DNA of 64,000 nt, from the NCBI RefSeq assembly GCF_963921235.1, contig NC_086097.1, positions 105,402,001 to 105,466,000 on the forward strand, written 5' to 3'. The stretch comes from Mobula hypostoma (taxonomy: Eukaryota). The position numbers and the translations under genes were made by a program. Under the pieces are notes generated by a model, which was not told the origin of the DNA, did no database searches, and was given only the letters and a program-made list of their open reading frames with translations. The stretch's first letter is position 1, and each line of letters begins with the position of its first letter. Shown in pieces: positions 25,291-38,985 of this stretch.

Positions 25291-25584
25291 TAGGAGTTGG
25301 CCTGTCTATTCTTCCTCTCTTAAACACACATATTGTATGTGTCTCCACCATCACTAGATAGCAGCACATTCCAGGCAGCCCCGGCTCTTGGTGTTTAAAA
25401 AAAACTCACCTTGTATGCATGCCCTTGAATATTAGACATTTTGACCCAGGAAAATGATACTGGCTGTCCAATATATCTATGCCTATAGTACTTGTAAACC
25501 TCTCATGTTTTTCAGACTACAGAGAAAACAACCCAAGGTTGTCCAATCTCTCCTTGTAGCACATACTCACTAATGCAGGTAGCA

Positions 25585-27545
25585 TAGAAACATAGAAAAC
25601 ATACAGCACAATACAGGCCCTTCGGCCCACAAAGCTGTGTTGAACATATCCCTACCTTAAAACTACCTAGGCTTTACCTATAGCCCTCTATTTTTCTAAA
25701 CTCCATGTAGCCATCCAGCAGTCTCTTAAAAGACCCTATCGTTTACGCCTCCACTGGCTGCTCATTCCACGCATTCACCTGCGTAAAAAATTTATCCCTG
25801 ACATCTCCTCTGCACCTACTTCCAAGCACCTTAAAACTATGCCCTCTCGTGCTAGCCATTTCAGCCCTGGGAAAAAGCCTCTGACTATCCACATGATCAA
25901 TGCCTCTCATTATCTTGTACACCTCTGTCAGGTCACCTTTCACCCTCCAACGCTCCAAGGAGAAAAGGCCAAGTTCACTCAACCTATCCTCATAAGGCAT
26001 GCTCCCCAATCCAGGCAACATCCTTGTAAATCACCTCTTACCCTTTCTATGGTTCCCATGTCCTTCCTGTAGTGAGGCGACCAGAATTGAGCACAGTACT
26101 CCAAGTGGGCTCTGACCAGGGTCTATATAGCTGCAACATTACCTCTCAGCTCTTAAAATCTCCAATACACCCCCGTATGCCTTCTTAACCACAGAGTCAA
26201 CCTGTGTAGCATCTTTGAGTGTGTCCTCAGGACTTGGACCCCAAGTTCCCTCTGATCCTCCACACTGCCAAGAGTCTTTACTATTAATACTATATTCTGC
26301 CAACACACATCAAAGTTGCTGGTGAACGCAGCAGCCCAGGAAGCATCTCTAGGAAGAGGTACAGTTGACGTTTTGGGCCGAGACCCTTCGTCAGGACTAA
26401 CTGAAAGAAGAGATTGTTAGAGATTTGAAAGTGGGAGGGGGAGGGATGGAGCCAAGAGCTGGACAGTTGATTGGCTAAAAGGATATGAGAGGATCATGGG
26501 ACAGGAGGTCCAGGGAGAGAGCAAAGGTGGGGGGGGGGCCCAGAGGATGGGCAGGGGTATAGTGAGAGGGACAGAGGGAGAAAAAGGAGAGAGAGAAAAA
26601 GGAATGTGTATATAAATAAATAACGGATGGGGCACGAGGGGGAGGTGGGGCATTAGCGGAAGTTTGAGAAGTCAATGTTCTTGACAGTAGAGGAGGCCCA
26701 AACACCAGGATCTCCCAGTGGCCACACATTTTAATTCCCGTCCCAATCCCGTTCTGATATGTCTATCCACGGCTTCCTCTACTGTAAAGATGAAGCCACA
26801 CTCAGGTTGGAGGAACAACACCCTATATTCCGTCTGGGTAGCCTACAACCTGATGGCATGAACATTGACTTCTCTAACTTCCGCTAATGCCCCACCTCCC
26901 CCTTGTACTCCATCCTTTATTTATTTATATACATACATTCTTTTTCTCCCTCTGTCCCTCTCACTATACCCCTTGACCATCCTATGGGTTCCCCCCACCC
27001 CTTTTCTTTCTCCCTGGACCTCCTGTCCCATGATCCTCTCATATCCCTTTTGCCAATCACCTGTCCAGCTCTTGGCTCCATCCCTTCCCCTCCTGTCCTC
27101 TCCTATCATTTTGGATCTCCCCCTCCCCCTCCCACTTTCAAATCTCTTACTAGCTCTTCTTTCAGTTAGTCCTGACAAAGGGTCTCGGCCCGGAAACATG
27201 GACTGTACCTCTTCCTAGAGATGCTGCCTGGCCTGCTGCATTCACCAGCAACTTTGATGTGTGTTGCTTGAATTTCCAGCATCTGCAGAATTCCTCGTGT
27301 TTGCTATATTCTCCCATCATATTTGACCTACCAAAATGAAACACCTCACACTTGTCTGGGTTGAACTCCATCTGCCACTTCTCAGCCCAGTTTTGCATCC
27401 TGTCAATGTCCTGTTGTAACCTCCGACAGCCCTCCACACTATCCACAACACCTCCAGCCTTTGTGTCATCAGCAAATTTACTAACCCATCCCTCCACTTC
27501 CTCATCCAGGTCATTTATAAAAATCACAAAGAGTAGGGGTCCCAG
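25585..27545 (-). mobile_element. CR1 LINE (-) interrupted by a PLE at 26302-27303
   Basis: ORFs 25743-26021 and 27162-27527 (INDLDEEVEGWVSKFADDTK). Confidence 0.85.
26302..27303 (+). mobile_element. Penelope-like element with inverted 5' pLTR
   Basis: ~26302-26695 is largely the reverse complement of ~26860-27265; TSD CTATATTCTGCC (26290-26301) / CTATATTCTCCC (27304-27315); mutated hammerheads at 26363-26398 (-) and 27168-27204 (+). Confidence 0.85.
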
Positions 27546-27744
27546 ACAGCCCCAACTCTTACGTCAGAATGCTGTTCAATGACTTTAGTTCAGTATTCAA
27601 TACTGTGATCCCCTCCAAGCTGATCACTAAACTTCGCCAGCTTGGTATCAGCTCATCCCTCTGCAATTGGACCTTGGACTTTTTGACTAACACACCCCAA
27701 TCAGTTAAGTTAGACAACCTCTCCTCCTCCACTCACCCTGCAAT

Positions 27745-29545
27745 TTTTTTCTAGATGGAATCCACTTACACTTTCGTTAGGTCGAATTCATGCAGTTAAA
27801 ATGATGATTTTACCAAAATTTTTATATGTATTTCAAAACATTCCTATTTTTCTAACTAAGAAGTTTTTGATCAGGTTGACTATTATTTCATCTTTTTTTT
27901 TGGAATAATAAAAGACCAAGAATTGGAAAATGTCATTTACAAAAATTAAAAAAGGATGGAGGTTTTACTTTGCCTAATTTAAAAATGTGCTATTGGGCGG
28001 TTAATATGCGTTATGCGTGTTCTTGATTATATTGGACCGATAAAAAGGAACGACCATCTTGGGTTGATTTGGAATTGAAAATTGTGAAACAATTTCATTT
28101 AACTTTGTTATTAGGAGCTCCTTTACCTGTACAATTAGCCAAAATTTCTATTCTAAATATAAATCCTATGATTAATCAATCATTACGAATTTGGTACCAG
28201 TTTCGTAAGTTTTTAATCTTAAAAAATTCAACCTTTTTAGTTTAATTTATCGAAACTATCTATTTAAGCCTTCACTTAGTGAACCTACCTTTTCTCTTTG
28301 GAGGAATAAAGGAACTTTTTCCTTTATGGACTTGTTTCAAGAAGGTCAATTGATGTCCTTTGAGAAATTAATAACTAAATACTCTCTCTCATATTCACAT
28401 TTTTTGCAATATCTTCAGGTCGGACATTTCTTACAAGAATATTTAAGTAATTTTCCATATATACAAGACTTTGACCTGTTAAGCATTATTTTAAAAATGA
28501 ACCCTTTAGTGAAAGGTTTTATTGGGAAAATTTATAATTTACTATTACAACAGGATAATTATCCTCTACTTAAGATTAAGCAAGATTGGGAAAGAGAGCT
28601 TAGTATGACCTTGATAACAGAGGATTGGTTGTGAATTTTGAAGCTGGTTAACTCTTCTTCGATTTGTGCCAGTCATTTTCTAATTCAATTTAAAAATTGT
28701 ACATCATTATTATTTGACGAAGGAGAGATTGTCTAAAATATTTCCTAATGTAAATAGTCAGTGTGATAGATGCAAAACTGAGATAGCTACATTGACACAT
28801 ATGGTTTGGTCATGTTCTGTATTGAAACAATTTTGGAAATCTATTTTTTCTACAATCTCTAAAGCTTTAAAAATCAATTTACAATCTAATAAATTGACAG
28901 TTTTGTTTGGTATAATACCTCAACATATTCACAGTATTTCTACATCTGACCAATACGTAATTGCATTTGTCACATTATTGGCTAGAAGGGCTATTTTATT
29001 AAAATGGAAAGATGCCTCTGCTCCCACTTTAATACAATGGTTCTCTCAGGTGATGTTATGTCTTAGTTTGGAAAAAATTAGAAGTTAAACTTTTGATCCT
29101 AAATTTGACTTCAAGAAAAGGTGGGGCTCTTTTGCCCGTTATTACCATTTGACCTGAGTTAATACAGATGGTCCTTTTCTGATGCTTGGTTTTATGGGTT
29201 TGGTTGGCGGTTTGATGTCTTTTTTTTATGGAAGCTTGTATGGCGCATACCTCTGGGTTTGTGCTCCAAATGGGTTTTTTTTCTCCTTTTTTTTAGTTAT
29301 TAAGGGTTTTCTCTGTTTTAGTTAGTAAGGGTCCTTTTTTTTCTTTCTTTCCTTTTTTTCCATAAAAAAGGCTTTAGTACTTTGTTTTCTGATTATTATT
29401 GATATACTGTTCAGCCTGGTTGATAGTTTAACTTTTACTCTACATATGGATATGTTATCTTGATTATTTTGATGTATTTTTTTTCTGTTGTTGATTTTCA
29501 ATAATAGTTAATAAAAAGATTTAAAAAGAAAGAAAGAAAAGAAAG
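27745..29545 (+). mobile_element. L1-clade LINE 3' fragment
   Basis: AT-rich ORF2 C-terminus (KMMILPKFLYVFQNIPI; CDRCKTEIATLTHMVWSC Cys/His motif), T-rich 3' UTR, AATAAA and (AAAG)n tail. Confidence 0.85.
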
Positions 29546-31494
29546 AAGGCTGCTGTATTTTGAGGGCCCTCTCAATCCACCACTGATCCTTTATTCCTCC
29601 TACTCAATGCTGGACTACAGCCTTAGCTTTGGAATGAGCTTCTCTTTTTGCTTTGCAGTTGATTTTCTACTGCTTGGCACAGAAAGCTTTCCTTTTGTTA
29701 TTCATTAGCTCTTCTATTTCATTGTCATTTTCATCCTGCAGGTTAACGTAAACAGTGCATAACTGAGGTCCAAGCACTGATCATTTGTTCCAATTTTGTT
29801 TTCTAAGTAATAGCCAATCTTTAACCCATGTGAACACATATCCTCCAGTACCTTGAGATCTTGTATACCAGCATTTTATGAAGCATCTTGTCAAATCCCT
29901 TTAGAGGTCCCAACACATTAGTTCCACATCTACAGGTTCCACCCCACCTTGTCTACTCAGCTGCTTACATTCGAAAAGAACAGATTTGTCAATCGTGATC
30001 TGTCTTTCATAAAACCATCTTGACTAGGTTTATTTATAGATCAGGATGCTGTTCTTTTTTATGCAGTGGGTGGGTCTGATGTTTCTCTTTGAATGACTCA
30101 TGGCTATATGGAGAAGACAAATCTCTGTTGTATATGGATATATATACACTTTGATAATATATGAATCTTTGAATTTTGGTGATTTCTTCTGTAATTATTG
30201 AATCTGGCATCTTGTCAGTAATAGATGTTAATCTCACCAACTTTAACAGAATCTTTTATTTTCTGCTGTGTATTTCTCATTCAATGTGATCATAGCTGGT
30301 GTTTGCAAGTCTCAACTCTTCTTTAGTGGCAGTGCCCATGACTTTCTCCACTTTAAATGATCTAGTCTCTACCAACCTCGGGGACAGAATTCCAGCGTTT
30401 ACCCTCAGAAGAAACTTCTGTGCACCTCAGTGTTCAATGACCAGCCCCTTAATTTGCACCATGTTCATGCCCTTCTAGCCAACTGAAAATATCCCAACCT
30501 CTACCCTGGCAAACTACTGCACCCTCCCCCCATAGGATTTTGTATGCTTTGAATAAGGTCACCCCTCATTTTCCTGAGCTGTAAGGTATTCAGACCAGAA
30601 CTGTCCAGCCCAGAGGTTCCCAGCCTTTTTTTAATGCCGTGCATCAACATAATTAGCAAGGGGTCCATGGCCTCTCGTGCTAGGACAGCCCTCTACTCCC
30701 AGGAGTTAACATGTGATTCCCCTTTGGACTGCCTCCAATGCTACATCATCTTTTCAAAGTACATTTATTATCAAATTATAAATATGTCACGAGATACAAC
30801 CCTGAGATTAATTTTCTTGTAGGCATTCACAGTAAATACGAGAAACACAATAGAATTAACAGGACAACCAACCAATGCACGAGACAACAAATGACAAATA
30901 CAAAACAAGTAGTAAATAGACAATAAATATAAGAACATGAGATGAAGAGTCTTGGAAAATGAGTCCATGGGTTGTGGCAACAGTTCAGTTACAGAATGCC
31001 CTTCCATTCCCATTTTATTTTCAAACTTTACATCTTGTTCCTACTTTCCAGGTCATGAATATAAATGAAGAGCAATTATGAGCTAAGAACTAATCCCTGG
31101 TTACATCCTTCCAGTCTGAAAAAGGATCCATTTATTCCAACCCTCTTTTTGATGAATCAGCCATTTTGCAATCTATGCAGCATATGTAGCAGTCAGAAAG
31201 ATGTCATGAGGTCTGGGGCAGTGGGCTAGGAAACGACATTGGGAACCCAAGAAACAATGATGGAAGGTCACACATTTTAATTCCACGTCCCATTCCCATT
31301 CTGATATGTCTATCCACGGCCTCTTCTACTCAAGGTGGAACCCGCACTCCAGATCTTCAAGTGTGGGAATATCTGAAAATAACTGCGTCAAAGAAAGTAC
31401 AGGTGTTGTGAAACTGGAGGGATAGTAATTATTTAAATTGATGTAGCAGATCTTTCCATTGCTTTAACTATGATTAATAATTGTCAGCCGTGTG

Positions 31495-32335
31495 TTTCAC
31501 TCTGCAGATGCTGGGCTCAAAGCAACACTCACAACACACTGGAGGAACTCAGCAGGTTGGGCAGCATCCGTGGAAAGGTGAAGAAGGAATAAGGGAAAGC
31601 ACAATGGGTAGTAGAAGGAGGAGGCGGAACCATGAGGGAGGTGATAGGCAGCTGGGGAAGGGGGCAGAGTGAAATAGGGATAGAGGAAGTGAGGGGGAAG
31701 GAATCACTGGAAGTTGGAGAATTCTATGTTCATACCAAGGGGCTGGAGACTACCTAGGCGGTATATGAGGCGTTGCTCCTCCAACCTGAGTTTAGCCTCA
31801 TCATGGCAGTAGAAGAGGTCATGTATGGACATATCCGAATGGGAATGTGAAGCCGAGTTGAAGTGAGTGGCAACCAGATCCTGTCTGTTGTGGCAGACGG
31901 AGCGGAGGTGCTCAATGAAGCGGTCCCCCAATCTGCGTCGGGTCTCACTGATGTAGAGGAGGCCGCACCGGATTTCTCCAGCTTCCAGTAATTCCCTCCC
32001 CCTCTGTTCCCAGTTTTACTCTGCCCCCTCCCCCAGCTGCCTATCACCTCCCTCATGGTTCTGCCTCCTTCTACTACCCATTGTGCTTTCCCCTATTCCT
32101 TCTTCACCTTTCCTGCCTCTCCCCTCCCCCACTCCTTTATCTTTCCCCTTACTGGTTTTTCACCTGGAACCTACCAGCCTTCTCCTTCCCACCCTCCCCC
32201 CACCTTCTTTATAGGGCTTCTGACCCCTCCTTCTTCAGTCCTGATGAAGGGTTCCGGCCCGAAACATTGACTGATTGTTTCCACAGATGCTGCCCGACCT
32301 GCTGAGTTCCTCCAGCGTGTTGTGAGTGGTGTTTT
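31495..32335 (-). mobile_element. Penelope-like element (-) with inverted pLTR (+, ~31974-32330)
   Basis: GIY-YIG C-terminal ORF 31704-31931 on -; oppositely oriented pLTR with hammerhead motif at 32237-32272. Confidence 0.8.
32237..32272 (+). ncRNA. Hammerhead ribozyme motif (core boxes intact, stem III variant ACAT)
   Basis: AGTC-CTGATGA-A-GGGTTCCGGCCC-GAAACATT-GACT. Confidence 0.6.
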
Positions 32336-33204
32336 ATTGTATACTGTACTGAATTAACACGAAGTGGTGGCTATGTGGAATGAGTTATAAAGCGGAAGTG
32401 GTGGACAGAGGTACAATTACAACATTTAATTGGATAGGAATAGTTTAGAGGGACATTGGCCAAATACAGGTGAATTGGCTCAGGTAGGCAACTTGGTCAT
32501 TTTGAGCAGAAGGCCATTTCTGTGCTGTAGAATACTTCATCCAAAGCTGCATTCTTGATGCACTTGTCACGTCTACAGGTTCCTGTTTAACAACTCCCCG
32601 TCTCATTCAGAAAGAACTTGAGCACCTTTGAGATTTGCTATTCATGATGAAAAGGTTTTATATTCAGCTTTCTTAAATGATTAGTTATTAAAAACAAGAG
32701 CACAATGCACAAAATGCTGGAAGAACTCCACTGGTCAGGCAGCATCTATGGAGACATTTTGTACACAACCATTGGCTCACAGACATACTATCAAACTCCC
32801 CACCTCATTCCAGAGCTGGATCCATGGATATTAAAGTGATTTTTTAAAAAAAAAACAAGATACAGTTGTAACTAATTCTTTTCTGACTCGATTATTACAA
32901 AAGGACACTGGCAAGCTGAGATGATACTATCCCACCATGGTCCAAGGCTGTTAGTTCTGAGAGCAGATTCTGTTCTGAAAGTGATTGTAGTTTGAAATAG
33001 AGTTGTTGGGTTGCTCCATGCTTTAAATATGTTCACAGCTGATCAAAATTCAGTCCTGCTCCTGTTTTCACCCCTAATCCTGGCCCAAAAACAATATAAC
33101 TGCTTCTTGAAACATGTGCATGAGCAACAGACTTGCATTTTAAGTTTACACACCCAGTTCTACAAATAGCAGAATGAGCACACAAACCTTTAAGCATGTC
33201 TCCA

Positions 33205-33210
33205 TTTATT
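33205..33210 (-). terminator. Candidate VPS18 polyadenylation signal
   Basis: AATAAA on the minus strand ~150 nt after the stop; more distal sites are possible. Confidence 0.3.
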
Positions 33211-33359
33211 TTCTGCTAGAGGTATCTACACAAGCTGTAGAATAGAAGCAAAAATTACAATCACAAAGCATAGCAGTAAACCTTTGAAATCCCAGGCAAT
33301 GATGTTTCAGGCAGAGAGCAGCCATGAGGGAACAATAATAGTGAGCACAAGAAACACAC

Positions 33360-34076
33360 TCACAGCCAGCAGTTCTCTTCCTCACTTTTCTGTGGGTCAA
33401 TAAATGGTTTATCTATTGATTTAATCATCAGTTCTCCACAATAGATACATTCATCTGCCACAAGATCATCAATATCTGACTTGATCTGATCACGGGACTG
33501 CTGACCCCGGTCGCTGGCTTCTCCTTCCTTGCAGCGTTGCCGGGACTTAGTCTGACCAGCAGCAACCAGCTTTCTCTGCAGCTCCTCCAGTCTATTCTGT
33601 TTGAACTGAGAAAGGTGGGGGATGACTTCCTGCAGCAGGCAGTCGGAATGGAACATGTGGCCACAAAGGAACAGATAGAAAGGGCGGTTCAACAGTGGGA
33701 AGTCACATGATGCACACTTCTCTTGAGACTCCACCACCCCGAATTTGTTCCTCATTTCTTGGATGTCCTCGCGGATTCGCTTGGCACTTTCAGTTGCCTC
33801 CTCCATCTCCTGCTTGAGCTCGTCAATGTGCTTGTTGTACTCCTGCAGAGAACTGCAGATGGCTTCCTTGAAATGGTCAATGGTCACAAAATTGGGAAAG
33901 AAGGGTAGAATATCTTCAATCTTTAACAGGTTGCAGCTGGACAGACACACCATGGCCTTCTTCACATCCTTCTCCTCCTGAACCACATGCCGGGCAATCT
34001 TCAGCCACAGTTTCTTTCGGAGCTCCTCATCATCCTCTGGCATGTCCGCACATGATTTAGCAAGGTCCACATCCAT
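33360..34076 (-). CDS. VPS18: VPS18 exon 5 (coiled coil + RING), ends TGA
   Basis: tttcacag|ATG GAT GTG; MDVDLAKSCADMPEDDEELRKKLWLKIARHVV...CASCDFPLLNRPFYLFLCGHMFHSDC...ECIYCGE; 717 nt. Confidence 0.97.
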   Translation of the reverse strand: MDVDLAKSCADMPEDDEELRKKLWLKIARHVVQEEKDVKKAMVCLSSCNLLKIEDILPFFPNFVTIDHFKEAICSSLQEYNKHIDELKQEMEEATESAKRIREDIQEMRNKFGVVESQEKCASCDFPLLNRPFYLFLCGHMFHSDCLLQEVIPHLSQFKQNRLEELQRKLVAAGQTKSRQRCKEGEASDRGQQSRDQIKSDIDDLVADECIYCGELMIKSIDKPFIDPQKSEEENCWL

Positions 34077-36769
34077 CTGTGAAAAGATATCCAAAAGTCA
34101 TCGTAATGCAAGGATAACTACGACAACAACCAAGTGAGTCAATTCTTCAAACCACATTCTACATCATACCACCAGACCCCGACTTGTCCAATTTTTAAAA
34201 TTGTACTTTCCAATCCATTCCATGAACAAACTGCCATTAGCAGCACATGCCATCACTCCAGCCACCCACTTTTTATTAGATCAGTTCACTGCTGATCTGG
34301 TTCTTCATTTGTCTACCTTAGTTCTGTGACACTTGGTGACCTTTAGCAAGGATCCATTTCTTAATTCAGAAGTGTTTAGAATGGGTGACACAGCAGCTTA
34401 GCGGTCAGCACAATTCCATTAAAAGCGCCAGCAACCCGGGTTCAATTTCTGCCGCAGACCATTCCCACATTCCCAAGACGTGCTGGTTTGTAAGTTAGTC
34501 ACATGGGTGTAATTGGGCAGCTCAGGCTCATCAGAAGGGCCAGTTACCATGGTCTCCAAATTTAAAAAAATACATTTTCAACAGATGCCCTGTCTCAATA
34601 TATTTTTTGGTGAGAAGAGTTCCAGACTTCAACCAAGGGAGATAGAACTCCTGCCCTTCCCCTCTTCCACTGTCCAGGGATACAAACACTGCTTCCAGTG
34701 ACACTTCTGCAGTCTCTACAATGGAGAAACCACATGCAGTGTGCACCAGGGTAGCCAGGGTTTCCAGATACTTCAAACCAAAATAGAAAATGCCAAAACA
34801 CATGGCAGTTTGGACACCATCTGTGGAAAGAGCAATGAAGATGAATATAGGAACAGGAGTGGGCCACAGATTCCCTCAAGTCTACCCTGCCTTTCAATGG
34901 CTGATCCATGCTGACCTCAACTCCTCTTCTGTGTCAGTTCCCCATAACCCCCACTTCCCTGATCATTCAAAAATTTATCTACCTCTGTTTTGATTACTTT
35001 CAATGATCTAGATATTTGGGGCAGAAATGTTTTAAGTGACCACCCCTTAACATTTTGTACTGATATCCACTTGTTCAAGACTCCCCGACAGGAATAAACA
35101 TCTCAGTATCTGTGCTGTCATCAGCACTCATTATCCTGAATTTTACCAATATAGATATCAATTGTTTAGCCACCTGTGACAGGAAAACTCCTCCCAGTAA
35201 TTAATCTGGTACTGTCTGTAATGCCTTGGGTAAGGGGCAGAAAAGTGCACAGTATTGAGTGTGGCCTCACCAACACCCTAGTACAACTAACCAACACCTA
35301 GACTGCCATTTGTTGCCTTAACTACTTGCCTATGAACTTTTTGTGATTCATGTGATAGAACACCTTGATGTCTCTGAACATTGTGCAGTCTCTCTCTGTT
35401 TAGATAATAGTCTGCCTTTAGATTCCTCTTACTGACATACACCACCTCACACTTCCATTAAGCTCCATTTGACAGGTTTTTTTGTCCCATCATTGAATCT
35501 ATCTACATCCTGTTGCACAGTCCCAGTATTTTAGTCACCAGAGAATAAGCACACATTTGCTCCATTATTGCCACTTAAATGATCAAGGTGTGCTAGAGAT
35601 GGACCCAGCCTAACCAATGCTGCTTCAGTTAAGTCAGAAATTCTCTCCCAGTTTTGATATTAAACGCATAGTCAGAAACCATTTCCGCTGTTACTTTTAA
35701 GCCCTGGCTTCAGCATGCAGCTGGTAGTGCAACTGTTTCCACTTAATCCAGTACTGTGCTGTGCCCAAGCATAAAGTAAGGTGCCAGTACCCCTCCTGGA
35801 GAGTACAAACATTTCTAAACTTTCAGGGCACGCTAGCCTAAACATACATTAATCATCAGATGTGAGCAGTAGTTGCTGAAGAGGGTGAACAGTTTCAAGA
35901 ACAGTACTGATCATTGGAAGTGTAACAGCGGTCTATCATTCATCCCACTGAATTCATATCAGCTCAATGTTAGTACTCACTCCATTCCCTGTGTTTCCCA
36001 CTGCCCCACAGATCCTCACCAGCTACAATGCAGTCTGCCTAGTGGCACACATTTCTTGCTGCATGACAAGAACTTTCTGTCGTCATTCTCAATACTTTCA
36101 CCAATGACCTTCATTTTGTGTTCCCTACCCACAGCAAGTTTCACTCTCCCTCACCTGTGCCCTCAACACAGCTACAGATCACTGGCATAAATGATTGTAG
36201 AACTGGTAGGTACAAGTTTTAAAACATTGCAGGGGTCAGGTTTGCTTGTAGTTTTGAGAATAAAGTTTGGAATACAATCTAAACTGATTATATCTGGACA
36301 AATGTCTTTAATAGACCTTTTTTGTATTTAGAGATACAGCAAGATAACAGGGTCTTCTGGCCCAATGAGCCCTCACTGCCCAACTAACCCACCAATCTAT
36401 ACGTCTCTGGAATGTGAGAGGAAACCGGAGCACCTGGAGGAAACCAATAGTGAGAACATGCACATTCCTTACACAGCAGTGGGTACTGAAATACCGTGCC
36501 ATCCCTTAAAGTATTTCCATAAATTTATGTAATCCTTTCACCTAGACTAAAGGAGCAGCTGAGAACCACACAGTAACAATTATCAGTCATGTCCTGCATG
36601 AGACAAGGCTGCTACTCCAGACAGCACCATTCCCTGTATACAGAAAACGCTTTAGAGCAAGGCTCTGCCTGTGCTCAGGAGAGGGTGAATGATTCTATAG
36701 GACTGGTCTAAAGGGATGTTCTCCCAAGATGTATTATTAAATACCAAACTGCTCACTGATAAACCTCTA

Positions 36770-38615
36770 GAAACAATAAGACCATAAGATATAGGAGCAG
36801 AAGTAGGCCATTTGGCCCATTGAGTCTGCTCCACCATTCAATCATGGGCTGATCCAATTCTTCCAGTCATCCCCACTCCCCTCTCCCCATACCCTTTGAT
36901 GCCCTGGCTAATCAAGAACTTATCCATCTCTGCCTTAAATACACCCAATAACTTGGTCTCCACAGCTGCTTGTGGCAACAAATTCCACAGATTTACCACC
37001 TTCTGACTAAAGTAATTTCTCCACATCTCTGTTCTAAATGGACGTCCTTCAATCCTGAAGTCATGCCCTCTTGTCCTAGAATCCCCTACCGTGGGAAATA
37101 ACTTTGCCATATCTAATCTGTTCAGGCCTTTTAACATTCAGAATGTTTCTATGAGATCCCCCCTCATTCTCCTAAACTTCAGGGAATACAGCCCAAGAGC
37201 TGTCAGACGTTCCTCATACGGTAACCCTTTCATTCCTGGAATCATTCTCGTGAATCTTCTCTGAACCCTCTCCAATGTCAGTATATCCTTTCTAAAATAA
37301 GAAGCCCAAAACTGCACACAATACTCCCAAGTGTGGTCTCATGAGGGCCTTATAGAGCCTCAATATCACATCCCTGCTTTTATATTCTATACTGCTAGAA
37401 ATGAAGGCCAACATTTCATTTGCCTCCTTCACAATCGACTCAACCTGCAGGTTAACGTTTAGGGTATCTTGCACAAGGACTCCCAAGTCCCTTTGCATCT
37501 CTGCATTTTGAAATCTCTCCCCATCAAATTATAGTCTGCCTATTTATTTTTCCCACCAAAGTGTATGACCATACACTTTCCCACAATTCCCATTTGCCAT
37601 TTCTTTGCCCAATTCCCCTAAACTATCTAAGTCTCTCTGCAGGCTCTCTGTTTCCTCAACATTACCCGCTCCTCCACCTATCTTTGTATCATCAGCAAAT
37701 TTAGCCACAAATCATAATCACAAACCATTAATCCCATAGTCCAAATCATTGACATACATCGTAAAAAGCAGCGGTCCCAACACTGGCGGAACTCCACTGG
37801 TAACTGGCAGCCAGCCAGAATAGGATCCTTTTATTCCCACTCTCTGTTTTCTGCTGATCAGCCAATGCTCCACCCACACTAGTAACTTCCCTGTAATTCC
37901 ATGGGCTCTTATCTTGCTAAGCAGCCTCATATGCGGCACCTTGTCAAAGGCCTTCTGAAAATCCAAGTACACCACGTCTACTGCATCTCCTTTATCTATC
38001 CTGCTTGGAATTTCCTCAAAGAATTGTAGTAGGTTTGTCAGACAGGATTTTCCTTTCAGGAAACCATGCTGGCTTTGGCCTATCTTGTCATGTGCCTCCT
38101 GGTACTCAGTAATCTCATCCCTAACAATCGATTCCAACAACTTCCCAACCAGTGATGTCAGGCTAACAGGTCTATAGTTTCCTTTCTGCTACCTCCCACC
38201 CTTCTTAAATAGCAGAGTAACATCTGCAATTTTCCAGTCATCTGGTACAATGCCAGAATCTATTTATTTCTTGAAAGATCATCGTTAATGCCTCCGCAAT
38301 CTCTCCTGCTACTTCCTTCAGAACCAGAGGGTGCATTACATCAGGTCCAGGAGATTTATCCACCCTCAGACCATTAAACTTCCTGAGCACCTTCTCAGTC
38401 CTAACTTTCACTACACAAACTTCACTTCTCTGACACTCTTGAATGCCCAGTATACTGCAGACGTCTTCCACTGTGAAGACTGATGCAAAATACGCATTCA
38501 GTTCCTCTGCCTTCTCTGCCTCTCTCATTACAGTATCTCTAGCATCATTTTGTATTGGTCCTATATCTACCCTCGACTCTTTTCCCCTTTATGTACTTAA
38601 AAAAAGCTTTTAGTA
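36770..38615 (-). mobile_element. CR1 LINE in VPS18 intron 4
   Basis: ORFs 37718-38140 (HGFLKGKSCLTNLL, DFQKAFDKVPH), 38238-38528 and 36838-37137. Confidence 0.9.
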
Positions 38616-38985
38616 TCAGCCAATACGTCCACATTGAGCGCTTGGCTTCCTGCATTATTACAATGTACATCGTGGGAGAGAGTGGAGCAAGCACGAGAAC
38701 CTCTCTGACTCAGCTCTGCTGGGTCCACCGGGCGCCCGAGTGCTGTGGCTTGCGGAATGCATGGAAACAGTGGGCACTTGGAAATGTCCATTTCACAACC
38801 GGCAGAAGATGCCTGCTGCAGCCAGAAAATTAAACCCCAGTCTCATAAACATTTGCCTATCTATCTGGTAAAGCACTTGTAACCTGGGAAGGACCTTTAT
38901 CCTTGTGACATGCAAAGGTGCTACATGAATGCAGATCTGTTTAGTGAAATGCCATCCAGTGACTATGAAGCAATGAGCAGCATAC

